A stretch of 64,000 nucleotides of DNA, counting the filler, from Reclinomonas americana ATCC 50394 (Eukaryota): the NCBI GenBank assembly GCA_048213135.1. It is 13 parts of 13 records of this genome, joined end to end, with 100 filler letters (N's around TTAATTAATTAA, not from the genome) between each part and the next. Parts side by side here need not be neighbours in the genome. Positions count along the whole stretch, not along the records: positions 39,193 to 41,759 come from AFZH01021591.1; positions 41,860 to 51,147 come from AFZH01021592.1; 11 more parts are not named here. One strand, 5' to 3'. Shown in pieces: positions 39,285 through 50,400 of this stretch. The notes under the pieces were generated by a model that saw only the letters and a program-made list of their open reading frames with translations, made no database searches and was not told where the DNA came from. The translations under genes were made by a program, and so were the position numbers. Numbering within the stretch: the stretch's first letter is position 1; the number at the start of each line of letters is the position of its first letter.

Positions 39285-42200
39285 CTTATCCCCGCAGAGC
39301 CCTCGTCGTTTCTTCCCTCCCCCTCCCCTCACAGAGCCCTCATTTTCTCTTCGCCTCCCTCCCCTTCTCTCTCTCCCCTTCACTTACCCCCTTTGCCCTT
39401 ATCCCCGCAGAACCCTCGTCGTTTCTTCCCTCCCCCTCCCCTCACAGAGCCCTCATTTTCTCTTCGCCTCCCTCCCCTTCTCTCTCTCCCCTTCACTCAC
39501 CCCCTTTGCCCTTATCCCCGCAGAACCCTCGTCGTTCTTCCCTCCCCTGCCCCTCACAGAACCCTCATTTTCTCTTCGCCTCCCTCCTCTTCTCTCTTCG
39601 CTTCTCTCTCCCCCTTCACTCACCCCCTTTCCCTCTCTCCCCGCAGAGCCCTCCGCCATTGACCAAACCCGCGCCCGTCTCGAGCAGCTGGAGATCTCCG
39701 GCAACGTGCAGAAGATGTACATGTCGCAGCAAGACTACATCAAGCATCTGGAGAGCCTCCACGAGGACCTCCACCGCTCGTGGGAGGCCGGCGACCGTGT
39801 GCGTGCCCTCAAGCTCGTCATTCAGGTTTGTTTTCGTGCATCATGTGTTTCTGCAGGAGAAGGTGACTCTTACCGTCGCCACACAGTCGGCCAAGCTGCT
39901 GGGCGAGACCGACACGCCGCAATTCTACCCGAGCATGTTCATGTTGGTGAGCTCGGTGCTCGACACATTCGGCAGCCTGGTGTTCCAGCGCATCTACGAG
40001 CGCTGCTCGGGTGGTGACGAGGGTGTGGCGTCGCTCTCCATGTTCCTCGGCGAAGGTCTGTCGTTTGTGCGATGCAGGGCGATAGGGATATCTCACGAGC
40101 TCACACTCTCATTGGGTGGCGCAGAGTCATTTACGCACACGGAGGTGCTGCCGGAGGCCAAGGAGACGTGCTACAATTGGTTCTTCAAGATTGCGTCGAT
40201 TCGCGAGCTGCTGCCGCGCATCTATGTCGAGATGTGTGTGCTGGCTTGCTATCGATTTGTGGCGCCGCAGGAGGTGTGGAAGGGGGGAAGGGTGGTGATG
40301 GGGAAGGAGGGCGAAGGGGGAAGGGTGGCGAAGGGGGAAGGAAAAGGGAGGGTTGAGAGTGAAGGGAGGAGAGTGGAGGGTTGAGGGTTGAGGGTTGAGG
40401 GTGGAGGGTGGAGAGAGTGGAGACTGGAGAGTGGAGGGTGGAGGGTGGAGAGTAGAGGGTGGAGAGTGGAGGGTGGAGGGTGGAGAGTAGAGGGTGGAGA
40501 GTGAGGGTGGAGGATGGAGGATGTAGGGTGAAGTGTGGAGGAGGTTGAGAGCGGAGGGCGTGGCGGGTGGAGGGTGTGGAGGGTGCAGGGTGAGAGGATT
40601 GAATAAGAAGTGTGGATCAGTGCCGTGGCAGGGTAGGAGTGAGGCGACGTTGAGAGAAGGCTCACGGTCACAGATTTGGGCCAGAGCTGAGTGCTTAGAT
40701 CAGAGCGATGTCAAGTTGAAGAGTGCCTTTGCCCCGGCAGTTGACAGAGCTGAAGAGCGAGTTATGATTCGCAGACATTAGACATCGGTGACAGGAGGTG
40801 CGAGTGCCAGTGAAGAACGGCAGGATTATACTCAGCGAGATACATGTTTGACAGAGTGGAGAGAAAGCGCATTGCCTTACTGCTGCTGAATCTCTTGTCT
40901 CCTCCCTTCCCTTCATGCAGGAGTACACGCAACATCTGCACCGCCTGCAACGCTCGATCCGTGGCATTGGCAATCCATTGGTGGCCGCCTACGCCCACGC
41001 CTACCTGGCCAAGAAGGGCACCGAGTTGAACCCGGACGCGCTGCAGAATTTGGTGGACTCGTACGACGACATTATGCACATTACGCAGCGCCAGTGGAAC
41101 CACGTGTCGATCCAGACCATGCTCAATCAGATTGAGATGACGCAGGTCGAGTACATTGATTTGTACTCGCCTGCGCTTGGCTGGGTGCTCGGATGCTACG
41201 GCGCGCTCACACCACCGGTATGTTCTAGGAGAGGAAGGGGATGAAGGGCGAGCATGGCACTCATTTCTTGACACACAGGGCTCGCTGCGCGGAGTGCTGG
41301 AGACCTACAACCAGAAGAACCACGTGGCCATTTTCCTGCAGCACATTATCGCCTCGTTCCCGGCCGACGAAGTGGCGTTGTCTGCCGAGGTCATTTGCCG
41401 GATGATTGCGGAGTCGGATGAGTCGTCACCAAAGGTGTGTTGGAGGGAGACAAGAGTGTATTTTTGAAGTGATTGTGCGCTCTCTCTCTCGTCTTCCTCC
41501 CGCTGCGCTCCCTCTCTCTCGCTGCGCTCCCTCTCTCTCGCTGCGCTCCCTCCTCTCGCTGCGCTCCCTCTCTCTCGCTGCGCTCCCTCTTCTCTCGCTG
41601 CGCTCTCTCTTCTCTCGCTGCGCTCTCTCTTCTCTCGCTGCGCTCTCTCTTCTCTCGCTGCGCTCTCTCTTCTCTCGCTGCGCTCTCTCTTCTCTCGCTG
41701 CGCTCTCTCTTCTCTCGCTGCGCTCTCTCTTCTCTCGCTGCGCTCTCCTCCCTCTCGCTNNNNNNNNNNNNNNNNNNNNNNNNNNNNNNNNNNNNNNNNN
41801 NNNTTAATTAATTAANNNNNNNNNNNNNNNNNNNNNNNNNNNNNNNNNNNNNNNNNNNNAAAGGGAGAAGGAGAAGGAGAAGGAGAAGGAGAAGGAGAAG
41901 GAGAAGGAGAAGGAGAAGGAGAAGGAGAAGGAGAAGGAGAAGGAGAAGGAGAAGGAGAAGGAGAGATGGGAGGGCGGGGGAGAGAGGGAGTGGAGTGGAG
42001 AGGAGAAGAGTGGAGAATGGAGAGTGGAGAGTGCAGTGGAGTGGAGTGGAGAGGAGTGGAGAGGAGTGGAGAGGAGTGGAGAGGAGTGGAGAGGAGTGGA
42101 GAGGAGTGGAGAGGAGTGGAGTGGAGTGGAGTGGAGTGGAGTGGAGTGAAGTGGAGTGGAGTGGAGGGGAGGGGAGGTTAGGGGAGTGGAGTGGAGTGGA

Positions 42201-43459
42201 GTGGAGTGGAATGGAGAGTGGAGTGGAGAGGAGAGGAGAGGAGAGGAGAGGAAAGGAGAGGAGTGGAGTGGAGTGGAGTGGAGTGCTTTTGTGGTGCTGC
42301 GTTGAGCAGAGTGGTGTTTAGTGGTGTTGAGTTCAGTGGAGTGGAGTGGAGTGAGAGTGAGAGTGGAGATGTGTTGAATTTACTTCTGTGTGGTGCTAAT
42401 CCAAGAGCTTGCTATTAACGTGCACCATAAGATCAGCTTGTGCTAGTCCTTGAAAAGCGAGAGGAATGGCATGTTGCTGCATGCGAGAGTGTGATCCATG
42501 TGCTGTCTTGCTTCTCCAGTTTGATTCTATTTGATTGATCTCTTCTCATTCCCGCTCACCTTCTCCTTCTTCACAGTGGAAACCACTGGCGAGATGCGCT
42601 CCAACGAAGCCGACATGGAGGACGCTGTGGCAAACCTGTGCTCGGCGCTCGTGGTGGTGCCTGGCGATCCAGCCAACGGACCGTTCTATTTGGTCAAGGG
42701 CCTGTACGCCGTGCTGAAGGAGCTCAAGTGGTTTGTGTGATAAAGAAGGGATGTATCTTTCGTGTTGCCTGTGTTCTCACTCCTCTTTTGTGGCAGGGAC
42801 GACGATCACAGCTGCATCATTCGGTTACTGTCGCTGATGGTGCCACTGTGCTACACGTTCTTCCAGCGCGATCTTCCGTATCATGTGCCAGGCGGTGCGT
42901 GTTGGAGAAAGAGAAGGAGACAGAGAGAGGGAAAGGGGCAGGGGGAAGTAAGAGGACTGCGTTACAAGAGAAGCAGAAGCACCGGACACACAGACAAGCG
43001 CAGAGAAACAAGGCGACGATCTTTGATTGTTGACAACCCTTCCTCATCTACCCCTCCCACAGTGGAATCCAATGACACTCTCTACGACCGCGGCTCCCGC
43101 TCGCGCGAGATTGTCGCATTCGGCGTCGACCTGCTGCAATCCATCATGCAACTCGTCGAGCAAGTCAACGCCACGGACGATGTGTCGGTGCGTCACAATC
43201 TCCTCTTCCGGCTGCTTTCATGCCATGATGCGCTTCTCACCCTCCCTCTTTTCAGGTCGGTCGCAAGGTCGGCGTCGTGTGCTGCGGTCTCCTCGACTGC
43301 CTGTCGCACATGTCGACCATCGACGGCAACATGGTGGCCATCCTCAACCGGTTGCTGGCCATTTGCCGCCGACGGACATCGTTCGGACTCGACAAGCGCG
43401 TGCAGCGAATCGTGGCCTCCCTGGATCCGGCTGTGGCCGCCGCACTGACGCTGTCGTGA
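38210..43459 (+). CDS. VPS35L: VPS35 endosomal sorting factor-like (Retriever/Commander subunit, C16orf62); the middle is missing in the gap at 41760
   Basis: MSYNW|VPR...AEHPLL; MSQQDYIKHLESLHEDLHRSWEAGDRVRALKLVIQ|SAKLL...FYPSMF; AKETCYNWFFKIASIRELLPRIYVE; RGIGNPLVAAYAHAYL; VVPGDPANGPFYLVKGL; LPYHVPG|VESNDTLY. Confidence 0.93.
39280..39655 (+). repeat. About 113-bp intronic tandem repeat that contains copies of the 3' splice site
   Basis: CCCCGCAGA(G/A)CCCTC occurs at about 39290, 39403, 39516 and 39639 (the functional acceptor). Confidence 0.85.
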
Positions 43460-43700
43460 GCACACTGTGCGGAGTGGCGCAGCGTCGATGTCTATGTACG
43501 CCTTCGCTCCCGCCCCCAAAATTGATGAACAAAAACACACGCATATTCATTTCGAGTCATTAGGGTTTTGGGGTGGGGTTTTCTCCTTTTTTCCCTCGTC
43601 GGTCGCGCACCAGAGCACAGAAACATACAACAACAAACAACAAGGCGCACACTGGGCGACAATCCGTCAACGAGGAATTGGAAACGTAGAAAGGAACGAA

Positions 43701-46676
43701 TCACGAGGGGCAGGCCTCGAACGAGGCAATGGCGGAGCGGAAGGCGTTGTGGATGTTGGCGTTGCGGCCGCACAGGGTGCCACCGCCGCGGCCGCGCTGC
43801 GACTCGTTGCGGTTGATACCGCCGACGCACCATACGTCGCCGCAGGACTTGCAGATGGCCCACTGTGCAAGAGGGGGAAGGGAAAGAAAGGGAAAGAGAG
43901 GTGAGATGAAGGAGAAGGGACAGCAGAGAAAAAGAGAGAGAAAGAGTGGGAAGGCGAGGTGGACAGGGAGGAGGAGGAAGAGAGAAAAGCGGGAGAAGAT
44001 GAGAACACGAGTGCGGGAAGTAGAGAGAAGAAGATGAATAGGAGCGGGAAATGAACAGGATCGACGAAAAGAATACGAGTGTGGAGAACTGTGAAAGGAG
44101 TGGAGAAAAAAATCACAAGTTGCTCGATGTACAGCAGCGGAGAGCGTGAAGCGATGAGAAATGGAACCTCACTGAAGTGACTGCTTCCATTCTTCTTCAG
44201 TGTTCTAACTCTCTTCTGCACATGCAGAGAAGTAAAGTCGCTGCCAACACAGATCAAACAAGAATGTGCATGACGAATCACCAGGAACAGAAACAACGGA
44301 GTTTTGGAAGCAACGCATGGCTCTGGTTCCCGCTCGCTTGCGCTCTCTCTGGCTCTCGCTCGCTTGCGCTCTCTCTGGCTCTCGCTCGCTTGCGCTCTCT
44401 CTGGCTCTCGCTCGCTTGCGCTCTCTCTGGCTCTCGCTCGCTTGCGCTCTCTCTGGCTCTCGCTCGCTTGCGCTCTCTCTGGCTCTCGCTCGCTTGCGTC
44501 TCTCTCTGGCTCTCGCTCGCTTGCGCTCTCTCTGGCTTCCGCTCGCTTGCGCTCTCTCTGGTTCCCGCTCGCTTGCGCTCTCTCTGGTTCCCGCTCGCTT
44601 GCGCTCTCTCTGGTTCCCGCTCGCTTGCGCTCTCTCTGGTTCCCGCTCGCTTGCGCTCTCTCTGGTTCCCGCTCGCTTGCGCTCTCTCTGGTTCCCGCTC
44701 GCTTGTTCTCTCTTCGGCTCATACCCGCATGAGCACTCTCTGGCTCCCGCTCGCTTGCGGTCTCTCTGGTTCCCGCTCGCTTGCGTTCTCTCTTCGGCTC
44801 ATGAGCACTCTCTGGCTCCCGCTCGCTTGCGGTCTCTCTGGTTCCCGCTCGCTTGCGCTTTCTCTCTGGCATCCGCTCACTTGCGCTCTCTCTGGTTCCC
44901 GGTCGCTGCGCTTTCTCTCTGGCATCCGCTCGCTTGCGCTGTCTCTACCACCCGCTGCTCAACGCCCTCCGCTTCGTCTCCCGCCGACAAACCTTCGAAT
45001 GATCAGCCGTCTCCTTGAACTCATCACCGCTCAAGTTCATCGCAGACACGTTCTCCACCGTGTACGTGTTGCACTCGGTGCCGTCGGGACCATTCGGGCA
45101 GCACGAGTCGCGCTGTGAATTTGTCAAAGATAAGCCACACGCACCAATAAACTCTCTCCATCCCTCCATGCCTCTCACGCAACATGCGGGCGCATCCATG
45201 TCTCCACCAGCAGATTGTCCTGCAGATACGGCGCCACCAACTCGGCGTACAGATCCTTGCCCCAGTTGCGGCTCTTGGCGAACGACACCAGTGCCTCGCC
45301 AGTGACGGCGCGGAGGGTGACCACGCGCGTCATTTGCGACGACTCTTGCCCGCTGGCCACCTTGGACAGAGTTGGCGCAATGTGCTGCACGGCCGGCGGC
45401 ACTTGCGACGAGTACACTTGCGGGTAGTCGATCAGCAGCTGCTCGGCAATGCTCTCCAGTTGGTCAATGCCTGTGGTGAGATGGAAGTGAGCGACCAGGA
45501 GGCAATTGAAGAGTGAAGTGAGCAGAGGGCGGACGCACCAAAGGTGAGGCACGAGAAGCTCTGGCCGTAGATGGTCTGCGGCGAGGGGTAGTAGTAGCTG
45601 CGAGAAAAAGGAGTGAGCGAAAGGAGAGTGGGGCAGCACGCGTGAGATGAACAGACCTGGCCGACGGGTCGGGGAACTTGGGCACCGAGTGGAGCAGCCA
45701 GAAGCCGCCGTCGGTGGAGAATGCCAGCAGTCCCTAGTGGCGCATTCTTGACGTAAGCAACTGGGTGCACAAAAACCACTGCGTCGTGTACGACTCACCT
45801 TGGCGTGTCCAAACGTGCTGCTGACCTTGCCCGACGGCTCCTCGTCGTTGTACATGATCCATCCGACGGTGCTGTTGGTCTGTTGCTGCAGCAGAGCGTT
45901 GATGGTGGCGCCGACGGCGCTGCTCGTGGAGCCCAGCTCGTTGTTGCTGAACTGAGGAGGCGGTTAATCACAAGGGATTGGGGACACAGGCAGTGGGAGA
46001 GAGAGAGACACACAACTTGGAAGGTTCCATTGGGATTGAGGAACGGCAGGTAGGCCATCTTTGCAGAGCCGGCGGGCTTGAGGGCGACCCAGCCGCCGAC
46101 GGGGTGACTGAGGTTAAAGGGGTAAAGAAGGGGAAGGGGCGATGAGGAAGGAGGAGAGGAGAGGGGGATGGAAAGAACAGCGAAAGGATAGAGGGAGACG
46201 ACAAACACAAGCTTTACGCTGTCGCAGTGCTCTGCTCTGCTGCTGTCGCTGTGCTCCGCTGTCGCTGTGCTGCTCTGCTCTGCTCCGCTGTCGCTGTGCT
46301 GCTCTGCTCTGCTCCGCTGTCGCTGTGCTCGGCTGTCGCTGTCGCTGTGCTCGGCTGTCGCTGTCGCTGTGCTCGGCTGCGCTGTCGCTCTGCTCGGCTG
46401 CGCTGTCGCTCTGCTCTGCTCTGCTCCGCTGTCGCTCTGCTCTGCTCTGCTCCGCTGTCGCTCTGCTCTGCTCTGCTCCGCTGTCGCTCTGCTCTGCTCT
46501 GCTCCGCTGTCGCTCTGCTCTGCTCTGCTCCGCTGTCGCTCTGCTCTGCTCTGCTCCGCTGTCGCTCTGCTCTGCTCTGCTCCGCTGTCGCTCTGCTCTG
46601 CTCCGCTGTCGCTCTGCTCTGCTCCGCTGTCGCTCTGCTCTGCTCCGCTGTCGCTCTGCTCTGCTCCGCTGTGCTG

Positions 46677-46708
<32 letters not shown>

Positions 46709-46830
46709 TCACTATCACTCACGCATTCTTCCTTGCACGCTCACTTGCTCTCATATTTCTCACACTCACTTTCTCACACTCTCACGAACATCGACACCCC
46801 ACACTCTCACAACAATGACACACACCGAGA

Positions 46831-46902
<72 letters not shown>

Positions 46903-47256
46903 AAGTCATGTGCGCCCTCGGAAAAGCGCGAAAAAACACATTGCCAAAAGGGGGAATCACGCAATCATGACGCACGCACTCCCTTGCACCACACGCAAGC
47001 ACACACCATGATACTCACACACACGTCCACTCAATCAAGCACGCGTGCACAATCACTCATTCACAATTTTGGACGTGATGCGAAGATGCTCAAGTGCAAC
47101 AGTGACAAACAAGAAAAAACTCACTCTCCTCTCACACTCTCTCTCATTCACTCACCCATCACCATCCGCGCGGCAGCTCATGAACGGGAACGCTGCCAGT
47201 GCGCAAGAGGCACACAACAACAGCACAAAGAGTGCAATGGAGATGCGCCGGAACAT
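43701..47256 (-). CDS. DNASE2: Deoxyribonuclease II (lysosomal or secreted acid DNase, PLD family), complete
   Basis: Signal peptide MFRRISIALFVLLLCASCALA; WIMYNDE...GHAK|G...GFWLLHSVPKFP; YGQSFSC; SFAKS...DLY; VETW; DHSK|WAI...CVGGINRNESQRGRGGGTLC. Both HxK motifs are present. Confidence 0.95.
44320..44940. repeat. About 26-bp minisatellite (CGCTCTCTCTGGTTCCCGCTCGCTTG) in the last DNase II intron
   Basis: Directly visible, about 20 copies with variants. Confidence 0.95.
46217..46705. repeat. CTCTG/CTCCGCTGTCG composite minisatellite in the first DNase II intron; (CA)n at about 46830-46897
   Basis: Directly visible. Confidence 0.95.
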
Positions 47257-47438
47257 GATACAAACTGCTCTCTTCTTGCTCTCAATCACTCACTCACTCG
47301 ACTCAACCAGACAAGCACAGAGAGGCACAGAGACGCGCACACTGCGATGAGACGAGAAAGAGTGGGTGTCTACAATCCACCAATGACTCATCATCCAACA
47401 ACTCTCCCGCACTTCCCATCAGTTTCTCCTGTATCTCA

Positions 47439-50400
47439 TCAGCTGGTGCCGCTGCCGGTGACTGGCGCCTGCCCACTGCTGCCAGTGCTGCCACCACCGT
47501 GCGTGCGATGACGGCGGTGCCACCACGAGCGACCGTGGCGCACGTGCTTGCCGGGCGCGGGTTTCTTCACCAGCTCCTCCTCCTCCTCTTCCTCCTCCAA
47601 GCCGGTATTGTCGCCCTTGACGGGCACGTCGGCGGCGGTCTTGGCGCCGGGGATGTCGAATGGCGAGGTCGACGGTGGCACGCTTGTCTCTGTCTTCTTT
47701 TCCGTGGTGCCGCCGTGGCCGCGGTGGCTGCGGCGGCGGGACGGTGCGCCCGAGACCTCGATGGGCGGCGTCTTTTGCGGTCGCGAGGCCGACACGCCCT
47801 GGAAGGCGCCGCGGTGCTCGGCACGCTCCTGCAGGTTCTGCACGGAGCTGCCGAGGAGGCGCGAGGCGGCCTGCGTCGGCAGGAGGAACCAGCAAAAGTC
47901 GGCAAAGTCGCTGTTCATCTCCGGGTCGAGGTGCTCAAAGGTGACGTCGCGGATCACTTTTTCGACGATCGAGGGGGCGGAGTCGAAGAGCTGCGTGGAG
48001 GGGAAGGTGAGGGAGAAGGGAAAGAGGGGAGAAGGAAGGGAAAAGGGGGAGGGAGAGGGGGAAGGGTAAGGAAAAGGGGAAGGAAAGGGGGAGGGAAAGA
48101 GGGTGGGGGCTGGCTTTCTTTTCCTTGTCAACTTCTTCAATGTTCCTATATTGCGTCTAGTTCCGCTCCCTCTTCGTCCTTTTCTTGTTCTTCCAATGGT
48201 TGGTCTTGTTGTTACTAATGTTGAACGTTTCTCTGTCGGTCTCTTTTTCTCACCTCTTCTTCTTGTGCTTTTTTCTTTCTCTCGCACTGCGCTCCCGCTT
48301 CTCCTCCATCTCTGCCTCCAACTATTCTGCTTTTTATTTCTCTCGCACGCGCGTGCGCGTGCGCTCTCGCTTCTCCTCCACCTTTGCCTCCATCTCTTCT
48401 TCTTGTTCTTATTTCTTTCGCACGCGCGTGCGCGTGCGCTGTCTTTACTCCTCCGTGCCTGCCTTCTCGCCTTCTTCTTGTTTTTCTCTCGCATGCGCGT
48501 ACGCTCTCGCCTCTCCTCCGCCCCTGCCTCCTCCTCTTCTTCTTGTTCTTCTTTCTTTCTCTCGCACGCGCGTGCGCGTGCGCTCTCACATCTCCCCCGC
48601 ACGGAGAATTGCACTGAAGATGCTGTGTCCCTCTCCTTCATCCTCATCCTCCTCCTCGTCCCCCACCTCCTCCTTCTCCACCACCTCAGCTTCTTGTTGC
48701 TCTCCATTCCTCTGTGTCTCTTGCCCTCTTTCAGAACATTTTTCGTGCCTCTCTCCCGCTCTCTATCGCAGTGTCTCCCGTTCTCTGCCTCTTTCATCTT
48801 CTTGTCGTTCTCTTTCTTCTTCCCACTCTCCCAATTTTCTTGTCCTCTATCATATCCAGGCTCTTCATTCCTCTCTCGCTCTCTCTCCCCCTCTCTCTCC
48901 CTTCTCTCTCCCTCTCCCTTTCCCTCTCCCCAACGCACCTCCCGCGCAAACGCCAGATTATCGCGATACCAATCACGCTTGTCGACCTCCTGTCGGCGCA
49001 GTGAGCTGCCACTGGCGCCGCTGGCACTGACGTGGGAGACACTAAACGGGAACTGCAGGCCGTCGTCCGTGAACGTGACGTCGGTGAGGCGGAGCAGGTT
49101 GTCTTCGGTGCGTTCGCGGTGCGTCCAGCGTCCGGTGGCAGTGTTCAGGGTGTAGAGCGGAAGGAGTCTGTCGGGGGAGAAGGTGTGAGGAGGGTCAAGA
49201 GAAAAAACCGTGAAGTGCACTGCGCAGAGAACAGGGCGCAACTTCCACCCATCTCGCGCCACCATGTCGACAGCCTGCGCACGTCATTCTCGTCAGCTGG
49301 CGAAGGAATACCCTTTGTGCACATGTGCGACTCACCTGCACAATGTACTCAAACGTGTCGGGCTTCTCCATGGAGCCCGACGAGGCGATGAAATAGTTGA
49401 AGCTCAGGCTGCGGAGTGGGAGCGAATGAGTAGAGGATGCAGGCAAACTGTCATCTCCCCAGTACATGCACGCACCGGATCCAACCCATTGCAACGCCGC
49501 CGAACTTTTCGGCCACGATCAGATGCTCCAATCTGCGGGATTCGTCCTGTAGTGGAGCATGTCAGCTGAACTCCAATGAAACAGAGAGTGCTGCGCACAC
49601 AACCAACATCGTCAATGCCGAGCAACTGGTCGCCATACAGTGCTGCATGCAACGAGTCAGCACCAGCACATCGCAGTGAGACATGAGACAACTCACCGGC
49701 CGAGTCCAGTCCGCCGCGCGTCTGGATGCCGAAAATGTCTGCACTCGCAAGTCAGGACAGTCCAGATGACATCACATTTGCACCAAACAAACCATTCAGC
49801 AACGCCGCCACAAAGTCGTGATGAATCAGCATCTTGTCGGCCATGGCATCCTTGACAATGAAGCTGACAATGGCCAAGCGCGGGGCGTCCTCCTGGCCGA
49901 GAACCTTGATCTGCAGCCGCACACAATTCAGTCACCAGCACTTGCACAAACAACAAATGACAGCGACGTACCTGCTCATTGCGGTGCCAGAAACGCATGG
50001 CCGACTGCATCAGCATGTTTTCGCGCTCCTCAATGACGGCCGGCGTGACGGTGGCCTTGAGCTGGAACGCCAGGCCCGCGCGAACGGCGCCGATCGTGTC
50101 CGGCGTGCCGGCTGCCACGCAATTAATTGTTGGAATCATATTGCATCGAATCTCTCTCGCCAGCACAACTTGCCTTCTTCGCGATGCTCAATGTCGTCTG
50201 TGTAGTCCACCAGGTCACCTATGCAGGCATGCGACAGTCGGGACCGTGGCGCAATTGGCGACATAGGATTAGCAGCACGAACCGCGTCCCACATAGGTCG
50301 TTGTGCCTGCACCTGGCGAGGTGGGAATGCTGTTGGAGACGACCTGGCGCTTCACAATCAGCACGCCCGGGGTGCCTGGCGCGCCGATGAGCTTGTGCGG

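Noticed and set aside
43667..46970. Long repetitive ORFs (RERKRA, AEQSRA, LALSL...) and similar ORFs at 26395-27282, 32598-33666, 48103-49155 and 59888-61275
   Set aside because: They are translations of intronic micro- and minisatellites that lack stop codons by composition.
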